From NCBI GenBank assembly GCA_965222605.1, contig OZ244960.1, positions 4,384,001-4,448,000 of the forward strand: 64,000 nt of DNA. Direction: 5' to 3'. This document shows positions 40,056 through 48,608 of the stretch, piece by piece (the stretch's first letter is position 1; each line of letters opens with the position of its first letter). Origin of the DNA: Candidatus Latescibacterota bacterium (GTDB lineage: Bacteria; Latescibacterota; UBA2968). Under the pieces are notes generated by a model, which was not told where the DNA came from, did not search any database, and was given only the letters and a program-made list of their open reading frames with translations. A program made the translations under genes and the position numbers.

Positions 40056-41186
40056 TCAAAGGATGATTTGGGATAGGGCATCGTCGAGTTTTTGGACGGT
40101 GCGGTCGATGTTCTGGAGTTTGTCCAGGCCGAATAGGCCCAGGCGAAAGGTTTGAAAATTTTCTGGTTCGTCGCATTGCAAGGGTACGCCAGCGGCGATT
40201 TGAAGGCCCGCGTCCATAAATTTTTTTCCCGTTTGTATGTCGGGGTCTTCCGTGTAGCTGACCACCACACCCGGTGCCTGGAAACCCTCTGCTGCCACGC
40301 TTTTTATGCCTTTGCTGCTCAAGAGTGCCCGAACTTTTTCGCCGAGTTTGCGCTGTTGCGCGCATATTTTATCAAAGCCGTAATTTTCGGTTTCTTGCAT
40401 TGCGTTGCGAAAAACTGTGAGGGCATCCGTAGGCATGGTCGCGTGATACGCATGGGCGCCACCTTCATAAGCTTCCATAATTTGAAGCCATTTGTGCAAA
40501 TCGCAGGCAAAGCTGGTGCTGGTTGTCGATTCAATTCTTTCCAGTGCTGAAGAACTGAGCATGACCAGGCCACAACACGCAGAGGCGCTCCAGCCTTTTT
40601 GTGGGGCGCTGATCAGGACATCAACACCGCAGGCTTTCATATCGACCCAAATTGTTCCCGAGGCGATGCAGTCCAATACCAGGAGGCCGCCAACAGCGTG
40701 TATGGCATCTGCTACGGAACGGATGTAGTCGTCGGGGAGAATGATCCCGGATGCGGTTTCGACGTGTGGCGCGAAGACAAAGTCCGGTTTTTCTGCCGCG
40801 ATTGTTTGCACGATTTCTTCGATGGGCGGAGGTGCAAATGGGGCGTGTTTGTCATCGCCCGTGCGCCGCGCTTTGAGGACAATGGATTGGGATGGTATAT
40901 CACCCATCTCGAAAATTTGGGTCCAGCGATAACTGAACCATCCATTGCGAATTACAAGGCATTTTTTGTCTGTCGCAAATTGTCGCGCCACGGCTTCCAT
41001 GCCATAAGTGCCACTGCCGGGAACGACAATGACCGCGCTGGCGTGGTACACTTTTTTTAGTGTGACGGAAATATCTTTCATCACGCCTTGGAATGACTGC
41101 GACATGTGGTTGAGTGCGCGGTCTGTATAGACTACGGAGTATTCCAGGAGTTTATCGGGATCGTTATTGGGAAGTAAACTCGACAT
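40056..41186 (-). CDS. Class V aminotransferase (alanine-glyoxylate/serine-pyruvate type)
   Basis: GSGT, HVETASG, DCIASG, SAPQKGW PLP lysine. Confidence 0.9.
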   Translation of the reverse strand: MSSLLPNNDPDKLLEYSVVYTDRALNHMSQSFQGVMKDISVTLKKVYHASAVIVVPGSGTYGMEAVARQFATDKKCLVIRNGWFSYRWTQIFEMGDIPSQSIVLKARRTGDDKHAPFAPPPIEEIVQTIAAEKPDFVFAPHVETASGIILPDDYIRSVADAIHAVGGLLVLDCIASGTIWVDMKACGVDVLISAPQKGWSASACCGLVMLSSSALERIESTTSTSFACDLHKWLQIMEAYEGGAHAYHATMPTDALTVFRNAMQETENYGFDKICAQQRKLGEKVRALLSSKGIKSVAAEGFQAPGVVVSYTEDPDIQTGKKFMDAGLQIAAGVPLQCDEPENFQTFRLGLFGLDKLQNIDRTVQKLDDALSQIIL

Positions 41187-41223
41187 ATTCGCTCCTAATT
41201 AAAAAAGAGATTGGTGGTTTGGT

Positions 41224-41406
41224 CTATAGTTCCACTTCTGCGATGGCTATGCCGCTTTCTCCTGCGATGGCATATAGCAAATAGGTGTGGTTATTTTCTA
41301 CAAAAATTGCCGGGTCGCGCAACTGGTTGACGTGTCCATAAGCCACGCTGCGAATGGAGGGTTCCAGAGGTGCATCCGCGCCTTCCCAGGGATGTTCTGG
41401 GCGCAA
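41224..41406 (-). pseudogene. C-terminal remnant of a beta-propeller glycosidase-like gene
   Basis: RPEHPWEGAD..QLRDPAIF..YLLYAIAGESGI with no N-terminus. Confidence 0.5.
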
Positions 41407-41585
41407 GATTTCTATGCCTTCTGTCGCACGCCAATTTTCCTAGTCAACCGATATGTCAATGGTGCTTAGTAAAATGCGTTCGGGTACATCTCCTACTTGC
41501 GTCCAGAATATATATAGGGTCTTTTCGCGCTTTAACAAAGCCGGGTGACGCGCATGTTATTTTCCTTGTGTTCAAAAGCTGTGGA

Positions 41586-42575
41586 TTACAGCCCCGGCGT
41601 GAAGAGCACCATATCTTCTTCAAAATTTCTCAATGGTGCAATGCCGAGTTTTTTGAGTGTGTCTCGATAGATTTTTACCCCTTCTTCTGGGCTGACAAGG
41701 CCATCTGCCACATCGCGCAAGACATCTACGAATGCCGGAGGGCTTTCGGCACCTTTGATGCGGCGGCCAAAGAGCGCGACGCGCGCGCCGTGTTTTTTGG
41801 CTTCGGAAATGAGCTTAAATGCATCGTAAGTCGTGCTCGTTACCCCGCCGAGAATGCCGACGATGACTGTGGAGTCGTAATTGACGAGGGCTTCCATCGC
41901 TTCTGGACCGTTGTAGGCTATTTTCAAAAATTCGGGACGCGATGCCCGGGGTATGCCGGCCAGCATCCGGGCGATCTGGTCATTTACGTATGTTGGGATA
42001 TCTTTTGGACACAACCCGGAGTCTGCAACATTGGGATTAAACACTTCGAGAAAATATCGAAATCCTTTGCGTACGGCTTCTGTTCTGAAGGCCTTGAACT
42101 GCATCAGCGAAAACCAGTCTGCATCCAGATTGTTATTGAATGTAACCGAGTACAGGCCGAGATCGATGTCTGGTTTCTGGTCGGGTTGGGGCAATAGGGT
42201 GCCGTATTGCGCTTCTTCAATTGTGGGCGAAGCAAAGGGACGGGATGGCAAAGAGGTGTATTCTGCGCCTGTTGCATCCCACAGGTCGGTTGTGTCATTG
42301 GCGCGTACGGCTGGTGTTACAGGTGATGTATCAAAAAGCCGCTTTTTTCTCGCCAGCACATCCATGCTGGAAACAGAGGTTAGCAAAATATCGATTTTTG
42401 CTTGTTCGATCAGGTCCGTAAGGTCATCGTAAAAGGCTTGTATGGATGGTGTGGCATCTGTCAGTGTTGCAAGCCCTTTTGACATGTCGGGATCAGCGGC
42501 ATACGCAATGATAAACGCATCGCTGTTGGGATTGCTGCGTATGTCGGTCAGTTTTGCGTCCAGTGATTTTTCCAT
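41586..42575 (-). CDS. Conserved hypothetical protein (aldolase-like TIM barrel)
   Basis: 329-aa ORF with RBS; RANDTTD, LEVFNPN, FLKIAY, LFGRRI. Confidence 0.6.
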   Translation of the reverse strand: MEKSLDAKLTDIRSNPNSDAFIIAYAADPDMSKGLATLTDATPSIQAFYDDLTDLIEQAKIDILLTSVSSMDVLARKKRLFDTSPVTPAVRANDTTDLWDATGAEYTSLPSRPFASPTIEEAQYGTLLPQPDQKPDIDLGLYSVTFNNNLDADWFSLMQFKAFRTEAVRKGFRYFLEVFNPNVADSGLCPKDIPTYVNDQIARMLAGIPRASRPEFLKIAYNGPEAMEALVNYDSTVIVGILGGVTSTTYDAFKLISEAKKHGARVALFGRRIKGAESPPAFVDVLRDVADGLVSPEEGVKIYRDTLKKLGIAPLRNFEEDMVLFTPGL

Positions 42576-42600
42576 TTGTGTCCCTTTTTTTGATGAGCGC

Positions 42601-43248
42601 TTATTTGTGAATTAAAATCACATCGGTGCCGATAAACTCGATTTCTGATTGCCAGGTTTTTCCCAACCATTCGAATGTGGGTTTTGAAAAAAAACAGATG
42701 TGTGTTGGGTCTCTTTTGTAATGCCAATTTTCAAATGCAGATTTGTCGATCACGAGTTTGGTCATGATGCCGAGTATGCCGCCCGGTTCTATAATGTGAT
42801 AAAGTCTTTGCAATTCATGTTGGGGATTTTTTAGATGTTCAACGACTTCTGTTGCGGTTACAAAGTCGTATTTGCGCTGGAAGACCTCGGGATTGTGTGC
42901 GTAAAATTTGTCGTATATATCGACGGTATGTCCGTGCGCTTGAAACATAAGGGACAATGTCGGTCCGGGACCGCATCCAAAATCCAGACCGCGTGCGCGT
43001 TTGAGAAGGCGCGCTTTCATGGGATTGCAAATTCGCGATAAAAATGCCCTGTATCTCGGGTCTGCGGGATCATTTCTGTGCAGATCGTAGCGTTGTTTTC
43101 CCTCTTTTTCCGATAGGTGAAAAGTTTTGGGCACAAAGACGAGAGAACAATCCGTACAGATCAGATATTCTCTGAATGAGTCGCGGAGATAGTGGGTTGT
43201 GTTTTGGCTTTTGCAAAGCGGACAGATATCCGCAGGAGAGTTGTACAT
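42601..43248 (-). CDS. Class I SAM methyltransferase with N-terminal Zn ribbon
   Basis: CPLC/CTDC, LDFGCGPG, EVVEH, DPTHICFF. Confidence 0.85.
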   Translation of the reverse strand: MYNSPADICPLCKSQNTTHYLRDSFREYLICTDCSLVFVPKTFHLSEKEGKQRYDLHRNDPADPRYRAFLSRICNPMKARLLKRARGLDFGCGPGPTLSLMFQAHGHTVDIYDKFYAHNPEVFQRKYDFVTATEVVEHLKNPQHELQRLYHIIEPGGILGIMTKLVIDKSAFENWHYKRDPTHICFFSKPTFEWLGKTWQSEIEFIGTDVILIHK

Positions 43249-43379
43249 GATGATAGATTAAATGATGTGGCGTCTCAAAATCCCATTGTATTCTTTGTGC
43301 AATGAGAATATCTTTGGCTCCGACCCTGAACAAGTTAACAATTTATTCATTTTTCACAATACACAAAACGGAGAAATTC

Positions 43380-45008
43380 ATGACTGGTTACGATGCTATG
43401 GCGCGTGTGCTCAAGGCAGAAGGCGTTGAATTTTTGGTGGCATTTCCCCATCAACACCTCATTGAGGCCGCGGCCAAGGTGGGGATTACCCCTATTATTT
43501 GTCGTCAGGAGCGCGCGGGTGTCAATATGGCCGATGGTTTTAGTCGCGTGTCCAACGGAAAAAAGTTTGGCGTTTTTACGATGCAGCAAGGTCCGGGTGC
43601 GGAAAATGCGTTTGGGGGTGTGGCGCAGGCGTTTGCAGATTCGGTGCCGGTGTTGCACTTGCCCGGTGGGGAAGCGCTGTCGCGTCAGGGTATTCATCCC
43701 ACGTTTGAAGCGGTGCGGAATTACCGTCATATTACGAAGTGGGCGGCTCAAATATACGCGGTAGAGGATATTCCGGTCATGATGCGTCGCGCGGTTGTGC
43801 AGATGAAGAGCGGGCGTTTGGGGCCTGTGTTGTTGGAGATGCCGGGAGAGGCTATGGCTGCCGAATATCCAGGTGAGGATGTTGCTTATACGCCGGTTCA
43901 GATCCGGTGCTCCGCCGCTGCGTCTGAAGATGTGCGGGATATGATTACAGAACTTCTCAGGGCTTCGCGTCCGGTTATCATTGCCGGGCAGGGGGTGTTG
44001 TATGCAGAGGCGACGAAAGAATTGATTGAGTTTGCCGAGTTGACGAGTATTCCCGTGATGGCGACGCTTGCGGGCAAGAGTGCTTTTCCAGAGACGCATC
44101 CACTTTCACTGGGCACTGGCGGACACACATACACGTTGATGGTCAAGCGGTTTTTGGAGGTGATGGATTTTGGGCTGGGTATTGGAACGAGTTTTACGCG
44201 CAATACATTTACTACGCCTATGCCAGAGGGGGTTCCCCTGGGTCAGGTGACGAATTGCGCGGAGGATATGGGTAAGGATTTCGAGATTGCAGTGGGCGCG
44301 CTGGGGGATGCAAAGCTGGTGTTGAGGCAGATGATTGAAGAGGTTAAGCGACAGGTTGGTGAGGATGGGCGGGAGAACGATGCCGCGGATCGGGTTGCCG
44401 CTGTGAGCCGCGAGTTTGCCGATCTGTGGGAACCGCATTTTACGTCCGATGAAATTCCGATCAGTCCTTATCGGGTGATTCGAGAGTTGGAGAATGCGGT
44501 GGATGTGGGCAATACGATTATTACCCACGATTCGGGTTATCCGCGCGATCAACTCGTTCCGATGTGGAAGCCCGTGACTCCGCGCGGATACCTGGGGTGG
44601 GGCAAGTCAACGCAACTCGGATATGGTCTGGGGCTGTCGTTGGGCGCGAAGTTGGCGGCGCCGGAAAAACAGGTGATCAATTTGATGGGCGATGCGGCGT
44701 TTGGGATGTCGGGGCTGGATCTGGAGACCGGTGTTCGGGCAGAGATTCCGATTTTTACGGTTGTGCTCAATAATGGTGTGATGACGAAGTACGATTCGCA
44801 TATGCCGTATGCTTCAGATCGCTTTGGGAGCAATGAGATGGGCGGGAATTACGCCCAAGTGAGCGCGGGATTGGGCACACATGCCGAGCGCGTGGATACG
44901 CCGGACGAACTCGCACCCGCGATCCAACGCGCACTCGCAGCGAATAGAGAGGGCAAGCCCGCTGTTCTGGAGGTTCTGACCAAGGCCGAGCCGAATGTTC
45001 CGAATTGA
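43380..45008 (+). CDS. Thiamine pyrophosphate-dependent enzyme
   Basis: RQERAGVNMADG, GPGAEN, GDAAFGM..NN. Confidence 0.9.
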   Translation: MTGYDAMARVLKAEGVEFLVAFPHQHLIEAAAKVGITPIICRQERAGVNMADGFSRVSNGKKFGVFTMQQGPGAENAFGGVAQAFADSVPVLHLPGGEALSRQGIHPTFEAVRNYRHITKWAAQIYAVEDIPVMMRRAVVQMKSGRLGPVLLEMPGEAMAAEYPGEDVAYTPVQIRCSAAASEDVRDMITELLRASRPVIIAGQGVLYAEATKELIEFAELTSIPVMATLAGKSAFPETHPLSLGTGGHTYTLMVKRFLEVMDFGLGIGTSFTRNTFTTPMPEGVPLGQVTNCAEDMGKDFEIAVGALGDAKLVLRQMIEEVKRQVGEDGRENDAADRVAAVSREFADLWEPHFTSDEIPISPYRVIRELENAVDVGNTIITHDSGYPRDQLVPMWKPVTPRGYLGWGKSTQLGYGLGLSLGAKLAAPEKQVINLMGDAAFGMSGLDLETGVRAEIPIFTVVLNNGVMTKYDSHMPYASDRFGSNEMGGNYAQVSAGLGTHAERVDTPDELAPAIQRALAANREGKPAVLEVLTKAEPNVPN

Positions 45009-45104
45009 TGCAGTGCGAGTAGGTAGTATTTCAAATTTTTGTCAGATTATAGGTGGCGGTTCAATATTACTTTGCGACACCTTTGTCCATGACAGACTTC
45101 AGGT

Positions 45105-45989
45105 TCAGGAGATGAATTCTTGGCCGATCTTCCACACCCCCTTCTCTCGAAAAGCGGGAATGGTCTGGCGACGGGCGGCGTTGGTGACAGCGGGTGCCGA
45201 AAGCCCATTCTGTCTAATATAATCCGATAGCTTGGTGATTGCCTCTCCCTTCAAATATCTCAGTCGCTTGTGCAGAGCCTCTATGAGAGCCAGTGATAGA
45301 ATCCCTTCCATCGTCCTGGTCGTTCTGCCATCTCCGTAGTCTCTGAATGCCCGATAGTAAGTCTCCTTCTCCGAGTTGCGGATAATAAGGCGCGGCAGAC
45401 GGAGTTGCAGGAGTTGAAAATTGATAATGACCCGCCCCATGCGGCCATTGCCGTCACAAAAGGGATGGATGGTCTCGAAATCCAGATGAAATCGGGCAAT
45501 TTTATCCAGGAAGTAGGCGTCGAGGTCGCTGGAATACTCGACAAGGATATGATCTATCATGCGCTCCACCTGCTCGGGTGCTGGCGCAATATGAGTGCCT
45601 ACCCGCACGTATTCTCCCTGCTGGCGAAAGCGGCCTGCAATGGCATCGTTGATGCCGCCGATAAGCATCTGATGTAAGAGTAGCATCAGGTCTTTGTTCA
45701 GTTCGCTATCTTTCGCTCTGTTGCGCTTATATTCTGTGACACGAGCCAGGTTTTTCGCCTCAAAGACTTCCCGCACAGATACATTCCGAGATATCATCTG
45801 CTCCAACAGGATTTTCTCTGTCTCATTGAGGGTGAGAGTGGAATTTTCAATCGCGTTCGAGTTGTACACGCTTTCGGGTATCTCGACTTCGTCAATCATC
45901 GACAGTAGCGATTCTTTACCCTGACGCAAGATATCGTACTCTCGTTTCAGAGCCTGGATGCGGTTTTTTGTCGGTTGTGTGCTTGCCAT
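45105..45989 (-). CDS. Fic family protein with C-terminal HTH-like tail
   Basis: HPFCDGNGRMGR catalytic motif; SNAIEN inhibitory motif. Confidence 0.92.
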   Translation of the reverse strand: MASTQPTKNRIQALKREYDILRQGKESLLSMIDEVEIPESVYNSNAIENSTLTLNETEKILLEQMISRNVSVREVFEAKNLARVTEYKRNRAKDSELNKDLMLLLHQMLIGGINDAIAGRFRQQGEYVRVGTHIAPAPEQVERMIDHILVEYSSDLDAYFLDKIARFHLDFETIHPFCDGNGRMGRVIINFQLLQLRLPRLIIRNSEKETYYRAFRDYGDGRTTRTMEGILSLALIEALHKRLRYLKGEAITKLSDYIRQNGLSAPAVTNAARRQTIPAFREKGVWKIGQEFIS

Positions 45990-46003
45990 ATCATTAGAAT
46001 ACC

Positions 46004-46113
46004 CTATTCACTGTAAATTGTCAAATTTTAGTGAATAGATGGGTAAAAATGGACTCTATTCATGATAAATTGTCAAATTTTAGTGAATAGATGGGTAAAA
46101 TGAGTTCTATTCA
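46004..46113. repeat. ~52-bp tandem duplication of a palindromic unit upstream of fic
   Basis: CTATTCA at 46004, 46056 and 46107; TAAATTGTCAAATTTTAGTGAATAGATGGGTAAAA occurs twice. Confidence 0.85.
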
Positions 46114-46152
46114 TGGTTTTTTTAGGTCAAGTATGTGGTATTACGACCTGGC

Positions 46153-46935
46153 TCAAGCCATGTAGAAGGCGAACGAGATTCGCGTGGAGCGCGGCGCATC
46201 GGATTGATCGCGTTCTATATCTGGATATTCCTGCCATTGTCGCCCGTCCAGCGTGTTGCCACCGGCCTTGGGCGTGCGACCTCCCCACTGCTTAAAGAAG
46301 AAAGCGACGTTTTGCGCCTGACATTGATCGCGCAATTCACGCAACCACTCTATCTTGACCGGGCGTGCTCCTGGTCCGCTTTCGCCTCCTGCGATTACCC
46401 AGTGAATATCCGTAAGGTCCACCGAGCCAAGCGTGTCGAGCAACGGCTCGAATGAAACAAAGCGCGTTGAGGCGTTGGTCTGTTTCAAGTGCCGCAGGCG
46501 CGTCATGGCCGCAGCGTCTTCGATAGAGACACCGAGCCAGATATGTGGCGGAACGGACAGGCTCCCATAGCGTTGATGGACAAAATCGCGCATTAGCGAA
46601 CTGCGCTTGGTTAGCACTTGATAGATGTGCCAATCCGCATGCTCCATTGTGTCAAATACGCGATGGATATACTGAGTTGGAATGTCCTTATGAAACAGGT
46701 CGCTCATCGAATTGACAAAGATGAGTTGCGGACGCCGCCAGTGCATGGGTTGTTCAAGGCGTTCGGGTCGAAGCGTGAGATCAAAACCCGTCTCGAAAGG
46801 ATTGCCCTTGACGCCGCGGAAACGCTCCGATAATCGTTCGGCATAGCAATGATCGCAACCCGCACTCACTTTTGTGCAGCCGGTGACCGGGTTCCATGTG
46901 CTGTTGGTCCATTCAATAGTACTTTTGCGCGACAT
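46153..46935 (-). CDS. DUF5131 / phage Gp37-Gp68 family protein (copy 1)
   Basis: IEWT..TWNPVTGCTKVSAGCDHCYA, NSMSDLFH, LTKR, SFEPLL, GGESG, FFKQWGG. Confidence 0.92.
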   Translation of the reverse strand: MSRKSTIEWTNSTWNPVTGCTKVSAGCDHCYAERLSERFRGVKGNPFETGFDLTLRPERLEQPMHWRRPQLIFVNSMSDLFHKDIPTQYIHRVFDTMEHADWHIYQVLTKRSSLMRDFVHQRYGSLSVPPHIWLGVSIEDAAAMTRLRHLKQTNASTRFVSFEPLLDTLGSVDLTDIHWVIAGGESGPGARPVKIEWLRELRDQCQAQNVAFFFKQWGGRTPKAGGNTLDGRQWQEYPDIERDQSDAPRSTRISFAFYMA

Positions 46936-46985
46936 GCAATTCCCCTATGTGCCATTCGGAATAACTAAAAAAATTACTGCACATA

Positions 46986-47014
46986 AGTATAGTTTTTTCT
47001 TGTCCAAAGATCAA
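46986..47014 (-). promoter_or_regulatory. Conserved sigma70 promoter of the DUF5131 module (also 54104-54132 and 61787-61815)
   Basis: TTGATC/TTGTCC-17bp-TATACT in all three copies. Confidence 0.7.
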
Positions 47015-47093
47015 GTATGTAGTACTTTGATTTTGTAAGAGATTGAAATTTGTGTGGTCGTAGAGTTTGGAAGACCACTTTCTGAGGAAAAGA

Positions 47094-47450
47094 ATGAGTG
47101 CTCTTGATAAATTCCACAATAAGTCTATGGAAGTAGCGTTTTTCGCTGACCAAGAACGGCGACGAGGCAATGAGGAACAGGCGGTGGAGTTGTTTGAGCA
47201 AGCACTGGACCTGGAGCTTAAAGCCTTGGCAGAGATAACCGAGCCTGTTGAACCGAGGTACTCAGTACTGCATCGCAGTGCTGGTTGGCTGGCTTTGGAC
47301 TGCAATCGGCCACGCTTGGCAGAGCAATTGGCCTGCAAAGCCCTCGCTGGCGACCCTCATCCAAAAATCGATGAGGAACTGCGCGACCTGCTGACGGAAA
47401 CCTACGCACGGATGCACCTCCAATTAGGGAAACAGGTCTTACGACCTTGA
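47094..47450 (+). CDS. Small alpha-helical (TPR-like) hypothetical protein (copy 1)
   Basis: LHRSAGWLALDC..EELRDLL; near-identical paralogue at 54215. Confidence 0.75.
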   Translation: MSALDKFHNKSMEVAFFADQERRRGNEEQAVELFEQALDLELKALAEITEPVEPRYSVLHRSAGWLALDCNRPRLAEQLACKALAGDPHPKIDEELRDLLTETYARMHLQLGKQVLRP

Positions 47451-47513
47451 CAAATTGTCAATCTCAATCTAATTATATATGTCAACCTTTAATTGTACAT
47501 TGGTGGTGATTGT

Positions 47514-48608
47514 ATGAGTGAATCTCTTAATCAAGAGGTGTACAACTGCGATAGCAGTTCATTCAATGCACAAGTGTTTGATCTGTTTTGTAGCATTGGA
47601 GGTTTGACCTATGGACTAAAACGGGCTGGAATGGCGGTCAACGCAGGTCTGGATATTGATGGTTCGTGCCATTATGCTTATGAAAATAACTGCAAAGCGA
47701 CTTTTATTGAAGCGGATATTAGGGAAATCTCTTTTTCGGATATTTCAAGGTATTTTAATGATGCGGAATATCGCGTGCTTGTCGGTTGCGCGCCTTGTCA
47801 ACCGTTCTCCAGCCATACGGCCAAAATGAAGTCTTATGAGTCGGATTCGAGATGGAATCTGATTGATGAATTTCTGAGAATAATTCTTGAGGGCAGACCA
47901 GAGATTATCTCAATGGAGAATGTGCCTCAACTCATGGACAAGCCGATTTATAATAATTTTAAGCGCGAGTTAGCCGATGCAGGGTATCGTGTTTCTGATG
48001 GGGTTATATCCTGTGCCGACTTCGGGGTTCCGCAAAGTCGAAGCCGTTTGGTTATGTTTGCGTCTTTGTTGGGTAGGATTGATATGCCGAAACCCGCCCC
48101 CCAAAAGCCTAAAACGGTTAGACAAGCAATTGGGCACCTCGCACCTCTTGATCAGGGGCAATCAAACGAGGATGATTCTCTACATGTTTGTTCTCGATTA
48201 GAGCCAATCAACCTGAAACGCATCCGGTGCTCTAAGCCCGGTGGAAGTTGGCGAGATTGGCCTACTGAATTATTGCCAGATTGCTACAAGAAAGATAGTG
48301 GCTTAAGCTATGGTAGCGTTTACGGGCGTATGCAGTGGGATAAGCCAGCACCTACGCTGACCACGCAGTTTTATCGTTATGGAACCGGGCGCTATGGGCA
48401 TCCAGAACAAGACAGGGCTCTGAGCTTGAGAGAAGGGGCAATTCTCCAAACTTTCCCCGAGGAGTATCAGTTTGTTGCTCCCGGTGAAAAAGCGTCATTT
48501 TTGAGAATTGGCCGTCAAATCGGCAATGCTGTTCCACCATCTTTGGCTTATGCTATCGGGAAAGCAATTACAGGTCATTTAAAAAAGAGGGGCAACAAAA
48601 ATGCCTGA
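47514..48608 (+). CDS. DNA (cytosine-5) methyltransferase
   Basis: DLFCSIGG, PCQPFS, ENVP, QSRSR, GNAVPP. Confidence 0.92.
   Translation: MSESLNQEVYNCDSSSFNAQVFDLFCSIGGLTYGLKRAGMAVNAGLDIDGSCHYAYENNCKATFIEADIREISFSDISRYFNDAEYRVLVGCAPCQPFSSHTAKMKSYESDSRWNLIDEFLRIILEGRPEIISMENVPQLMDKPIYNNFKRELADAGYRVSDGVISCADFGVPQSRSRLVMFASLLGRIDMPKPAPQKPKTVRQAIGHLAPLDQGQSNEDDSLHVCSRLEPINLKRIRCSKPGGSWRDWPTELLPDCYKKDSGLSYGSVYGRMQWDKPAPTLTTQFYRYGTGRYGHPEQDRALSLREGAILQTFPEEYQFVAPGEKASFLRIGRQIGNAVPPSLAYAIGKAITGHLKKRGNKNA

Noticed and set aside
507-45222. Numerous overlapping alternative-frame ORFs in the track (e.g. 5384-6100, 41370-42197, 33057-33752)
   Set aside because: Shadow ORFs opposite or inside well-supported genes, with no recognisable motifs.
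46004-46113. Possible CRISPR mini-array
   Set aside because: Only two full units, the intervening sequences are short and similar rather than unique spacers, and there are no cas genes in the window.
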